Shown here: in pieces, positions 11,490 through 24,200 of the stretch
Layout: the number at the start of each line of letters is the position of its first letter
How positions within the stretch are numbered: position 1 is the first letter of the stretch
Origin: Convolutriloba macropyga
Taxonomy: Eukaryota
Direction: 5' to 3'
DNA: 64,000 bases
NCBI RefSeq assembly: GCF_964194025.1
Contig: NC_134470.1
Coordinates: forward strand, 55,118,001 to 55,182,000
Notes under the pieces: model-generated
Seen by the model: the letters and a program-made list of their open reading frames with translations, nothing else
Told to the model about the DNA's origin: nothing
Databases searched by the model: none
Made by a program: the position numbers and the translations under genes

Positions 11490-13000
11490 TGTTTCAGCTC
11501 AAATTGTTTTGGAGACTTATACTTATGGTGTGAAGGGCGGTTTTTAAAGTTTGAAGACACCGCCACTGTTGACCCTCCACCCTATTGCCCCCACCCCCCA
11601 CCGCGCTAATGCCCCCCACCCCAGTGATGCCCCCCAATCAACACCCAGTGACACCAACCCCCCCTCCCCTCCCGTCGCTAGCTACTGACGAACAACCGCT
11701 TGCTAAAAACGCAAATTTTTACTATTTTGGAATTTTTGTCAAGCTTTTTTTAAAATTTTTGACAATTTCTTGATTTTTATCAGCCCTATGTGTCAAGGAA
11801 CCTCCTCTAGGGTTCGATAATAAGTTACTGAATTGTTTCTAGTTGTAATGGAATGGTTTCAAAATTTTGACATCACGAATTTTAGCAACTTTTTGGCAAA
11901 ACGTGCAATTTTTTCAAATTTTTTTGACATTTTCCTTATTCAGGTCTTTCCAGACCCGCGGGCCAGGAAACATCCTAAGGGGTTCGATAATAAGTTACTG
12001 ACAATTTTTAATGGCCATGGGACAGTTTTTCAACTTTTTAATGTCACAAATTTTAGCAATTTTTTTGATAAATCTTGCTTTTTTCAAGTTTTGAAATTTT
12101 TTGCCGTTTGGAAATTTTCAGCCTCAAGAGCCCAGGGCCTCCTCTAGGGCTTGAAAATAGGTTACTGAATAATTTTTAGATTAAATGGAATGTCTTGCAA
12201 GATTTTAACATCCCGAATTTTAGATTCTTTTTGATAATTTTTTCGAATTTTTGGACCTTTAGTCATTATTCAGATTTTTTGAGCCTCAAGGGTCAGAAAG
12301 CCTCCGTTAGTGTTTGATATTACTGGAAATTTTTTGTTTGTCATGGATTAATTTTCAACTTTTTAATATTACAAGTTTTAGCAATTTTTTGTAATTTTTG
12401 CAAGGTTTTTGAATATTGTCATTTTTCTCTAGCCTCAAGCGTCACGGAACTTCCTCTAGGGTTTGATAATATTTTACTGCATATTTTATAGATTTAATGG
12501 AATATTCTTCAAGATTTTAGTATCACTAATTTAAGCAATTTTTAAAATTTTTTTCATGTTTTGAATTTTTTCGGGCAACAGAGGCCCTGGGACCTCCTCC
12601 AAGATTTGATAATATGCTGCATCATAGTTTCTAGAGATAATGGGATGGTGATCAACATTTTTATGATTCCAGTTATAGGAATGTTTGGATGAAATTAAAA
12701 TTTTTCAAATTTTTGGAAAATTTGTTCCAATTGTATGGATCTTTATGAGCCTGGGAAACTATTTCAGGCTTGAAACAAGGATACAGGATAGTCTCTTGAG
12801 ACAATGAATTGGTTCTTAAGATACTAATGTCTTGAATTTTAACAAGATTTTGTTAAAGTTTGCAAATTTTTCCAAAATTTTTCAATATTTTTTGTCCTTT
12901 TCTGAGTTCAACGACCATTACTGGCCAACAAATTTTTTCTAGTTTCGAAGATTTGTAACTTGACAGTACCTTCGAGACAAAAAATGGTTTTAAATTTTTT
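11490..13000 (+). repeat. Family A long variant fragment with an internal ~150-170 bp tandem array
   Basis: Unit anchor like CCTCCTCTAGGGTTTGATAATAAGTTACTG recurs at about 11801, 11971, 12138, 12301, 12450, 12593 and 12758; homologous to the interior of 36318-37721. Confidence 0.7.
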
Positions 13001-13325
13001 TATTGCGAAGTTGAAAAGTTTTTTTTTTAATTTTGCCTTTTTCAGTTATTTTTATATGATTTATTCATTAACTAGGTTAAAAAACTAGAAGTTGCAGTGT
13101 CGAATCCAATCATGGAAGATATTCGTGTCTTTTTCTCTCTCTCTTTCGGTTAGGGTTCCTTTCCTTCTCGTTCACGTTTTATCTCTCTCTCTTTGTTGAT
13201 AACTCACTTCAGGTGCTGTTATGAAACTTAATGTCATCATCTCTGATCCTCATTATCAATGAGTTATAGTTGAAATATTTTTTATCATAAATGATCTAAC
13301 AGGCGCTTTTTAGGAAACCTTTGTT

Positions 13326-13550
13326 AATTGCTCTCAAAAGCCAATTATGGCACATATATATTAATCCTGTTTGTCATTTATGCAATTTTTCGCTTGGCCG
13401 ATTTTTCGTCTGACCCATTTGACTTTCGTCTTCAGAAACGGGATACAGAGGTAGTGCCCTCAGGTCATTAAGCCCTGGCTAGCTGTTGAAGAAGCCAAAC
13501 GCTCGCCGGTCGTTTGAGAGCAATTCGCGCGACGATAGTCGGTTATGTTT
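13326..13550 (+). mobile_element. Family A HINE-like element (short)
   Basis: AATTGCTCTCAAAAG ... GTCGTTTGAGAGCAATTCGCGCGACGATAGTCGGTTATGTTT. Confidence 0.75.
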
Positions 13551-13817
13551 GCGTTCCAATTTTAAGTGCATTTCATAGTAATTTTCATTCATGGGTAACT
13601 GAAGTCATTTAGTTTCAATCGTTTTTAACACAACGTTTTGGGCATTAATGTGATGCAATCGAAATGTTTTGTTATCTAAATGATTTGGTTTGGTTAGTAT
13701 TTTAAAATTGATATCAAGTAGCCTGTTTCTAAAGACATTTTCGGCCTTTTAAAGTAAAAAGGAAGTGACTGCTAGAAATTTTGCTTGTATGAGTTTGCAT
13801 TGTTGAGTTGGTATATT

Positions 13818-15803
13818 TAATAGCCGCGTCTGCAGTTCCAGGTGGCTATTGTACCGCTCCTATTTTTTACAATTCAAAGAATTTGAATTGTATTGGGGCG
13901 CTGTTTTTAAGATGTGTTCACAAATTTTTCAATGACTTTGATCTTTCAAAACGGGATAAACAGGTAAAACCCAGCGGGCATTAAGTTTCTTTAAAGGCCC
14001 AAAATATGTTTTAATCGTCCTTTGAGTGCTTAGTGTTGCAGCTGCTGGGATGACCTTAATTTAAGGTCATTTTTAGGGCTCAAAATGGTGCAATTTTTCA
14101 TGTTTTTTGAGATTTTTGTTTGATTAGTCTTAGGTTGAAGTTTTAAGCAGTTAATGAAGGCATTTTGCGAGACAAAATTACTTGTTATGACCATTTTATG
14201 AGCTATATGTTTGGGTACTACAAACACAAACACGCAAAATGATACTAATTTTTGTATTTTTTTCAAGTTTTTGAAAATTTTGACTTTTTTGATTTTTTTC
14301 AGCTTCTGGGGTCAGGGAATCTCCTTTGAGGTTTGGTAATAGTGCACTACATAGTTTCTAGTAATAGTGGATTGGTTTTCCACATTTTAGTGTCACGATT
14401 TTTAGCATTTTTTTGATAAAATTTGCAATTCAAGATTTTCTGAAGTTTTTGTCAATTTTTGATAATTGTTCATTCTGAAGTGCCAGAAAACCTGTTCCAC
14501 GGTGTGATAAAAAATTACTGCATGATTGTTAGTTTCAAAAGATTTGTTTTCAACATTTTAACCTTTAACCTTTCGAATTTTTTGATAAATTTTGCAATAA
14601 TTTTTTTCAAAATATTTGTTTGTTTTTTTTTGCCTCAGTAGCCAGGTAGCCTCATCCAGGGTTTGATAGTACCTTATTAAATAGTTGCTAAGGGGGAACG
14701 GAATCCTTTTCAACATTTTAACGGAACGATTTTCTATTTTTTTGAAATTTGAAATTTTTAAAAAGTATTGCCTATCGATCTTTGAGCCCATGAATTTTAA
14801 CGGCTTGGAATTGGGTTACTGTATAGCCTCTCGAGAAAGAAATTATTCTGAAGATATTTATATCACGATATTCACCAACAATTCATTTAAATTTCCTATT
14901 GATTCCTAATTTTTTTAATATTTCGGTCATTTTCGAGTTTCAAGGGCCAATAAATTTTTTTCAGGTCATGCAGATATAATACTGGTCCGATTTCAAAAAC
15001 TAAATTTGGTCGTGAACATATACTTGAAATAAGTATATTTAAAGGGATCAAATTTTTACTGAGGGGTAAAAGCTTCAATATTTTTAGCAATAAGTATATT
15101 TTTGTTTAGTTTGTTTGATTTAGTTTCTTATTGTTTTTTTGATATGATTTTTGTGTTTTGGCTGCTATGTTGATCTGCTGGTCAAGTAAAGTACATCTAA
15201 GTTTTTCATTTTGTTCTTTGAATTGTATTTCAGGACTTGTCCTGCTATGTTTTTTACTTCGTCTAACAGATTTTTCTTTCGTCTTACCCCTGACTTTCAT
15301 GACTTTGATGACTTTTCATGACTTTGAGCTTTCAAAACGGGATAAACAGGTGAAGCTCAGCGGGCTTTAAGTTTCATTAGAGGCCCTTAGCCGCGTTTGG
15401 TACTCCTTCAAGCACTTAGAGTGGTGAAGTTACTGGTAACTTGCATCACTTAAAAAAATGACTTGTGAAATCACTTAATGAACTTAAAATTTTATGACAA
15501 TTTACTAGTTAAAGATCAATAGTGTGCATCTAAGTATTGCCAAACCTGTTTTCCCTAATTCTTGTGTAATAGATTCTTGAGTTTGTGGTTTCGAATATTA
15601 TTTTTGAAAAAGCTCCTTTAAGGTTTTTTCCTTATAGAGCGTATGTTTCTCATAAAAATGACAGACCGGATCGAACCCAAAAAGTCTAGTGGTCTATTAA
15701 AGGACTGGTGGTCAATCTGTCTATCTTTTTTAGTTGCTTCAAATCGTTGGAAGACCTGGAGCGTCTATCGTGGCTTTTTTCCGGCAATCTACCGTCCATG
15801 TTT
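13818..15803 (+). mobile_element. Family B HINE-like element (long, with tandem array and A-type core modules)
   Basis: 5' AATAGCCGC..GTGGCTATT; internal AAACGGGATAAACAGGT..CAGCGGGC module at about 13948 and 15335; array units about 14270-14960; 3' CGTGGCTTTTTTCCGGCAATCTACCGTCCATGTTT. Confidence 0.65.
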
Positions 15804-16162
15804 TTAATTTTCTCTGGATACAACGCAATTTAAACGTGAAGGTGAGTGTAGAAATAAAGTACAACGTGCACATTGAAATGAATCATATTCCGCATTTTTT
15901 GAGGCTCAAAAATTTTTTGGTATTTGCACGAAATGTTTTCGAGCGCTCTTAAATAGCAGTCTATTTTAATCTACCCCTGCCCTCTATTGGTTTTGAATTG
16001 CTCTCAAATGAAATTTGTAGGAATTATATTAGTCTTGTGGTCTTTTTTCATGATATATTATTTATTAGGTAGCAACTTGACAAATTCAGAGAAAATCGAA
16101 ATCTATGTAAGACTGTTTTCTTCAGTCTTAATTGCAAACTTTTACGCGTCGCACAATTACTG

Positions 16163-16700
16163 GTGCTTCCATTCAGTGTAGCAGTTTAATAGAAAGATAT
16201 TTGATTGGATAATACCGTACGTAAAGTGCTGCTGCAGTTTTTTTTACGAAAATTCTTGTTTTGTATTTTATTACGATTCTAATATCAGTTTTTTTGTGGA
16301 GGGACAAACAATCTCACACTGGTTTTTAAAAACAATAATAAATCTACTCTTAAATTCAGTTGAAGAGATCGAAAAAGTTGTTCATTTTGGATAGCGTTAG
16401 ACCAAAACTCAGAATCAATCTTTTTTGTATATCAACTAAGTTTTGTTTTGATTTTAATTATTCCGAGTGCTTCCATTCGGTGTAGTAGTTTAATAGGAGA
16501 AAGATATTCGATTGGATAATACCGCACGTAAAGTGCTGCTGCAGTATTTTTACGAGAATGCTTGTCTTGTATTTTATCACGATTCCTATATCAGTTTTTT
16601 GTGGAGGGGGCAAACAATATCACACTTAAAAACAAAAAAAAATCTACTCAGTTGAAGCCATCGAAAAAAATGTTCGTTTTTCAGCGTAGGTTTTGGATAA
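16163..16700 (+). repeat. Local tandem duplication, ~300 bp period
   Basis: GTGCTTCCATTC.GTGTAG.AGTTTAATAG...ATTGGATAATACCG.ACGTAAAGTGCTGCTGCAG occurs at about 16163 and 16467. Confidence 0.8.
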
Positions 16701-17259
16701 ACTTTTTTAATGGCTTGTATACAAGTTTTGGCCCATCTAATGGCCAAATCTTCTATGTTCTTAAATACAAAAGAAGACTAAGCTAAAAGCAGCTGTATTT
16801 GATGTCTTATCAAAAATGGTCGAAGAATCATGGGAAATTTGAAAGCTTGGCGATGAAGGAAATTTCGGAGCCGCAGCGTTGTTGATCTCTCTTCGGAATT
16901 GACTCACACTCCTGTTTCTGTCAAATGTTAAATAATAGTTTCTCTGCGATTGTTGGAAATCTAAAAGTTTTGATAACAATCGGGTCCGCTAGATCTTTCG
17001 GATCTTCATGTTTATGTAAGTCCATTGTGCTTTAAACACTCTTAGTGTGTAATTACATGATATCAAAGCTATTATCATTTCCGGTTTTACATTTCCATCA
17101 CTTTTTTCACATTACAAATGCTTCAAATTTGGGCTGAGAGATTATTAACCTACATATTACGTTGAAGTGGCATTGTGAGAATTTAATGAGTAGCATTAAC
17201 ATTGAATCCCATATAACCTTAGCCTAACCTTTCATTGTGTATGGTAATCTTACGAGTTT

Positions 17260-17765
17260 TACAGGGGACTGTTTAATTTACCTGAACCGTTCCCTACCTC
17301 AAGTTTAAGACTAGCTTTCTTGTCGAGGCAATTGCAAGTCCGTGTGACTCGTCCCATCCTCTAGATTTCTCTTTGGGGTGAAATCCTCGAGTAACCAGAC
17401 TGCGTCGCGAATTTCTATAGTTGTTCTGCGCTTCTGTCGTTTACTATGCGTAGGAACATGTTCGGTCAGCCATCTTATCCATATCTGTTAGTCTCGGCGT
17501 TGTTTGCGTCCAGGCTGAGCTCTTCAGGGTCACGTTACGATCGAAGGCGGCTCCAGGAACGTTGTAGAACCGTCAAGAAATGGTTGGTTGACACTGTTTT
17601 GTCGTCATTTTTGCTACTGCGCACACGAGTTAGAGGACGAGAATTGACAAAGAACTCAGCTTCGCCGACCATTGTTCCAAATACAGCAGGAGTGGAAACC
17701 TACTTGGCTGAATCAAGGTTTAAGAGAAGAGCGCGTTTGACTCACTCAACATTATCTTTATAATG
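17260..17765 (-). mobile_element. Decayed BEL/Pao LTR-retrotransposon integrase C-terminal fragment
   Basis: Minus-strand translation with stops and frameshifts: VKRALL..FGTMVGEAEFFVNSRPLT..DDKTVSTNHFL..QIWIRWLTEHVPTHSKRQK..IEIRDAVWLLEDFTPK. This matches the BEL/Pao pattern EVEAILNSRPL..LTPNHFL..FWKRWxxEYLPxL..VGDxVLV (integrase end/DUF5641-like). Confidence 0.7.
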
Positions 17766-18031
17766 ATTGAAATTGAATGTGATAAAAATCATTTTTCCCT
17801 TTCGGATTGAGCTCAATAACTTTAAGTGTCAATAATGTTGCGTGTTTTTTTGAAAAAAAAGCATGGAGATGAAATAAACAAAAGCTTTTTTGTGATGGTG
17901 GAGGCAAACTCACTTTCGATTATCAAATTTGTTAGCTCCTCTAACATTTCGTACAGCAAATCTTTAAACTATTTGTATGCTTTTCTTATAATAGAATGCT
18001 TTACAACGATCTCCGCCACACACAGACGCTT

Positions 18032-18103
18032 ACAATGTAATAAGGTTTAAATTTGTAATTTTACTACACAATGTAATAAGGTTTAAATTTGTAATTTTAC
18101 TAC
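18032..18103 (+). repeat. Perfect 2 x 36 bp tandem duplication upstream of MAN2C1
   Basis: ACAATGTAATAAGGTTTAAATTTGTAATTTTACTAC repeated twice. Confidence 0.9.
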
Positions 18104-18204
18104 AAAATCCTTCAATAGTCTCAATTTTCATAAAAGCGGTTGGAATAGTCTTTCGAATGAGAATCACGGGTCCTTTTTTCAGGTATAGATTGAATGCCAA
18201 AATA

Positions 18205-21200
18205 ATGGCAGATATAGTTGCGCCCCCGTTTAAGAACTGGCGCACCACTTTGGAACGACTGGAAAAGTTTCTATCTGATGCCTTTTTCGTGAATTATAAT
18301 TTGACCTCTCAATTGTACAAAGATGTTAAAAACATATCTCAAGTGCCATGTCTAAAATACCAAACTGGAAGACCTCTGTTCAAAAATGTCGAGCATGAAA
18401 AATTCGAAAGTGTTGAGCTGACGTCAACAAGTTTTGGTCCTACCTGGTCGACTTATTGGTTCAAACTTGATATCGATTTGCCATCCTTGAAATCGAGCTC
18501 TGGAGCAACTTTGGATAATGGAAATCGGGATTTGGTTCCCGGATTGCTATGGAAATGTGATTGCGAAGCTATGGTCTATGATCAAAATGGAGTCCCGTTA
18601 CAGTCATTCTCAGAAGAGAGAACTTTCTTCCGATTGCCGGATCAGAACTTGGTCGGAACGTACTATATAGAGTTAGCATGTAATGGGATGTTCGGAGCGG
18701 GCGAGCATTGCATTCAGCCTACCAATTTGGAAAAGACCTTTCGCGTTACCGAGGCAAAGATTGTATTGAGAAATGAAGTTGCATTTGAGCTATACCACAA
18801 GATGCAAATGATTCATGACGCGGCTAAGGAGCTTGGAAAAGACAACATATCGGGTACATTCATTAAATATAAATTTCTGCTCTAAGTTTTTTTTTATTTT
18901 GGAAGCTATGGTTAAAATTGCACTGGATGGATAGTTCGATATTTTTACAGCGTGGAAATTGGTATCGTGATAAGAGTCACTTAAAGTTTTAACCCAAATC
19001 AGTAGCAGTAAAATTAGAACCAATAGATATTCCGTCCTCGGAACGCATTTCTGAGCTGTGATAAGGCGTTGGCCTAAAGTACTATATAAATGGTATCACT
19101 GGAAAGTGCTTTATGCAAAGATGCTTTGGATAATATATATTTGCTCCGTTGGATTGGGTTTGAAATCTATCGACAGCATGAATGCTATAAAAATACCAAA
19201 TCATTATTGTTTTAAAAGGAATGCTTAACATGGTGCACTTTTAGCTAGCAATGCGCTTTTCACAGCCAATCATTGTGAGAATTTTCTACACAGAAGGGGC
19301 TTCACTGCCGAAAGCATCAAAGAAGCTCTGTCAATTATCAACAACCTTTTCCCTCTCAACACAGAACCCAGGAATTCGCCTGAACATCTTACAATCGACG
19401 CTTTTGGACATTGTCATATTGATACAGCGTGGCTGTGGCCGTATAATGAAACAAAACGCAAGTGCGCTCGAAGTTGGGCCAATCAGGTTGCATTAATGTC
19501 CAAACACAAAAACTTCAAGTTCGTTTGTTCACAAGCGCAGCAGTTCAAATGGGTGGAAACAGACTACCCTGACTTGTTCAAGAACATTCTAGAATATGTT
19601 CAAAAAGGGCAATTTGTTCCTATCGGAGGGTGTTGGGTTGAAATGGATGGAAATGTGCCCAGTTGTGTCTCGTTTTGCCAACAATTCCTCTATGGGCAAA
19701 AATATTTCAAAGAGAAGTTCGGAATGTTCAGTGATGTGTTTTGGCTACCGGACACTTTCGGCTATTCAACGCTGCTGCCTCAGATTGCAAATTTAAGTGG
19801 AATAAAGTATTTTTTGACGCAGAAGCTGAGCTGGAATTTGGTCAATACGTTCCCACACAATTCTTTCATTTGGGAAGGTATGTTTTGCAAATTTTCCATT
19901 ATTTTACAGTTTGCAATTTTGAAAATGGCATGTTAGAGGAGAAGCTGGAAACGTTTGGTGTATTCTCTGTGAGAGGGAAAGATACTGTCATTTGCAAATA
20001 TGAGAATATATCAAATATATCTAATAAATACCTATCATGCAGTTCATTTATTTATGCTTTTTCAAGGAGTTGATACGAAAATGAAATATGATCCTAGGTT
20101 TAAACTTAGCGTGAATCAGTAAGTAAAAGTTTTCAATCTCAATGCTCTTTCAGGTATAGACGGCTCTCAACTATTGACACATTTTCCGCCAAACGACAAC
20201 TATTGTGCCAGATTGAATCCGAGTGAACTGATGTTTGCGGAGAAGAACTTTAAAGACAAGGGGCGCTCACAGGTGAGAGAATACCTTTGTACGAGTCTTT
20301 AATTGTAGTTAATTGTTCCGACCTCAAAATCAAAATTAGGGAAATTCTAAGACGGCTGGCTTTTTTCAGGCAAAGCATTGCTTTCGTGTGCGCATTCTAG
20401 AGACTATAAATGTAAATCATTTTGAAACCTCTAGAGGCCAGATTTGTCATTTTTAAAAGCTGCAATAGCCGAGGGAAGCTATTATTGGCCTTCTCTTGGT
20501 CTTTACCACTCAGAGATGAGTATTGGTTTTCTAGAGTTTTTAATTGCTCTCGAACGAAGTTTGAAGCAATTATTGTAAACGAGTGTCTTTTTATATGCTA
20601 AATTTTCGCTTGACGGTTTTATTCTAGAACATTCTTTTGATCTCACTTCTCGAGTGACTTTTTCATGCTTGACTTTTTGAATTTTTGATTGATTGAAATT
20701 GCTCTCATTCAGAAAATAAGTCTGTTGGTTAAAATAAAACCGGTTGTGAGTGATTCCTGAATATGGTCCGTGTATCTTGTTGTTAATGGCACGGATTTTT
20801 ATCCGGGAGATCCGGGGTTTGAACCTCAAACTTGTGGGAAGGTGTGGCGCCCATAGAAATTTTTGTAGCTTATCTACCCTCTAAAATATGTTGCCCCGAT
20901 AGTCATGCGAGAGCAGATGCTCCGATGTTAGTCGGTTTGTGTTTCGTACTGGTAGTGTGTTCAGGCGGTGTTTTGATCTAATAGCGAAAGTGGGTAAAGT
21001 AGCCTTGTGAACTTATTTTTGATGAGCGAGAAAAGCTTTTTTTGTCCATGAGCTTCGCCTTTTTTGTCCATGAGTGATGAATGACGTTTGGACTTCGATT
21101 AGTTTTTTTTTTAGAGAACTGTGCCTATCGCCATTTTTAATTGCTATCGAACGAAGTTCTTAGCAATTATTGTAAACGTGTTGGTATTTTTTATGGAAAT

Positions 21201-24200
21201 TTTTCCCTTGACCGTTTTGCGTTTTTCTTCTAGAACATTCTTTGACATCTCAAGTGACTTTTTCACGATTTCGTTCATTTTTTAGTGATCTCTATTGCTC
21301 TCACTCAGAAGTAAAGCTTGTTGTTAAAATAAAATCGATTGCAGCAGAGCTAAAAGAAGGCCCAAATAGCCTAGTGAACAGTGATTCTGGTCAGAGATCA
21401 AGAGGTCAATGGTTCGCATCCCGGCGTGATCAACTATTTTGCACCCATAAAGAAAAATTTATCTAGGCTACGCCCCCTGAATTAAATTACCTCGCCTATC
21501 ATTCGAGAGCAATTCTATTTTATTCTCTCGGAGGCACAGTAATACAAAACCCTTTGTATGGCTTTTTAAAGCCATATAACGCGTTTTAAGGGCCAATTTG
21601 GCTCTTTTTTTTGTATTTTTTGTTCTTTTAAATAATTTCTCTTTTTGGATATTTAATTGGATTTCTTCAAATCAGCATAAATGTGAATGGTCTGCAATTA
21701 AATCCTTGCATTCATCGACGTCAGGTGTTTCTTCAGTGTTTGACGTGAGGTGTTGTTCTTTTTGTAAAATTTTACCTCTATCAATTCAGTTTTGTTTTTA
21801 TCCAATTTTTTCATTGGAAAGAATAAAATTGTACATGTTCTGGTTTGATTTTCCTGAGTTTTGTTCTTCGTTTTTTTCCAAAGTTTTGTTTCCTAGAAAA
21901 AATTAGTGGGGTTATAGTGATTATTACAGCATTTTTCGGAGCCCGGAAACGCGCTTCAAGTGCCAAATTGACTCACATTTCTACTTTTCAAGTTTTTTCT
22001 ACTTTTTTGTTCTTAAACGTTCTCTGTTTTTGGATACTTGATCGGACTTTTTGAAATCATTTTTTATAATAATGGTCTGTAATTAACTACTTGTGTTTGT
22101 CAGTGTCTGACGTGAAGTGTTGTTCTTTTTTATAAAGTTGTACATCCACCAATTCGATTTTGTTTTTGTCCAATTTTTTCTATTTTGATTTGGTTTATTA
22201 GAATGACTCGAATCGTGTAACGCGAGGGATTTAATTTGTATTACTTGAGGTAGGGGTTATGACTCTGAATTGTAATCGAATGCAGAATTGTTTCGTAGTT
22301 CCAATTTTAATAATTGTATTGTTTTTGACAAAGATTTTTTTAAATCTTCGAGTGACGTTTCAGCATTTTGTTTGAACAGGAATGGTTCAAATAGTTTGCT
22401 GTGCCGCGAAGACTTAATATTGAAAAATACTTGTTGTATTACCTAAATTTTTAAATTTTGAATTTTTGAAAGTATTAAGATGTCTTTTGTTTGTTCAAGA
22501 TCTCCACATTCGTGTTAATAGCCTTTTTTCTGTATCATGCAAATATTTATGACAGTCAGTGGTAGTAAAGTATTTCTGTTTGCTCTCATTCTATTTGCTC
22601 TGTTAGTTTGTTTGCCTTTTCCCACTTTTTTCGGGAGGTTATTATGCTCCGAATTGCTCCCGGAGTTCTTTCGGTGCTGTTTTTTTATTTTGTCAACAAT
22701 ACTTTTTACGACCGTATGGCGTCACGCTCACTTAAAATCAGCTCTTGTCCATTCATCCATGCAATTTTTTGAGTGATTGGCATGTGGTCAGACGCGAAAC
22801 TCTTGTTTGAAAGCAATCCGTTCGATGTTACTCAGTTATTTAAAATTGAACTTTATTGTTCAACAATGCTCTCACGCTGCTTTCAACTTTCTAGGAAGCG
22901 ATGATGCTGTTCGGTTTTGGAGACGGCGGTGGTGGTCCGACGGATGAGATGCTAATCAGATTGAATGCTCTTCAAACTGAACATAAATTTTCTATGCCTT
23001 CCTGCATCACCAGTACGCCTACTCAATTCTTTCAGAGGTAAAGTTGATTTATTGAAATAAAATGTACACTGTTTTCTAATATGTGATCGAATTTGTTCGG
23101 ATAGCGTACGGCAACTGTCAGGGCCATTTGCAAGATTACACAATCGATTAAAGGTTGGTTTAAATTAGCAAGTAACTAAGGGAAAGGAAATTGAATGGTG
23201 GTGAACGACGTTCAACATACTTTTTTTGTTGAAGACACAGCAACATATTTTTGTAACACAGCAAAAAAAATTTAGCTTGAGAAATCAACTCGCCTTTATT
23301 AAAATCGATCTGTATAGTAATTTAGCCAGTTTGGCTGTTCGGTGTTAAAATTCATATTTTTATGTAGTTTCAATTAGTGGGCAACAACCTGAAATTAACG
23401 GTTGTCGCGCGATTTGATCAGCTTATTTCTTCATCATTAAGGCCCATAACATGGATATATAAGTTCATTGTCAATTAAATAATAAAAATTCACATTAAGA
23501 AGTGAATTTAGTTAAAACGCCCTATTTGCTGCTGCAGATTGGAAAATTGTCGCCCCAATTTGTGCAAATGGGTTGGCGAGTTGTATTTTGAACTTCACCA
23601 AGGGACATTCACCACTCACTCGGAGATCAAACGACTCAATAATCGAATGGAAAACTTGCTCCGGGCTGCCGAGTTCTATCTGGCTGTTCTCAGCATATAT
23701 TCTGCAAACAATCCTCAGTCTTTGGACTTGAATCAACTTGACCTTACACGAATGAGAAGTTGTTTGAAGCAAGCATGGGAACTAGTTCTTTGCAACCAAT
23801 TTCATGACGTTTTGCCGGGAAGTTGTATAGAAGAAGTGGCCAAAGATGCAATACAATATTACCGCGAAGCTGAAGATTTGTTGAAATTTAGCTTTCTGTG
23901 TCAACATGAGAAAAATGACAAGGATCTTATAGAAGCATCGAGCGAAACATCTTTGCTATCAGGTAAAGTTGATCTTAATCAATGGTCAATTGAATCCTGT
24001 TCTAAACAGACTGATCTTTCTTACAATGTTGCACCATCTGTTTCGTCGACATCTGAAAATTGTTCTTTCCTTTGCCTGAAGAATGAACTGATTGAAGTGA
24101 ATTTCACCCTATCGGGTACCATAAAGTCATTGTTGTTAAGCGGACAAGATGAAGCAATCGAGTTATGCGGTAACAATCCTCTGAACGTATTCAAAATCTA

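Noticed and set aside
11800-12900. CRISPR-like repeat-spacer array
   Set aside because: Eukaryotic context; the intervening sequences are homologous to each other (tandem monomers), and there are no cas genes.
17446-17763. 105 aa + strand ORF
   Set aside because: Antisense shadow of the BEL/Pao integrase remnant on the minus strand.
18157-18204. Upstream in-frame ATG for MAN2C1
   Set aside because: Homology starts at MADIVAPP (18205), and an acceptor-like TTTTTTCAG lies between the two ATGs.
21359-21435. Functional tRNA genes at the tRNA-like cassettes
   Set aside because: Acceptor stems do not pair and boxes are degenerate; treated as repeat-borne tRNA-derived sequence.
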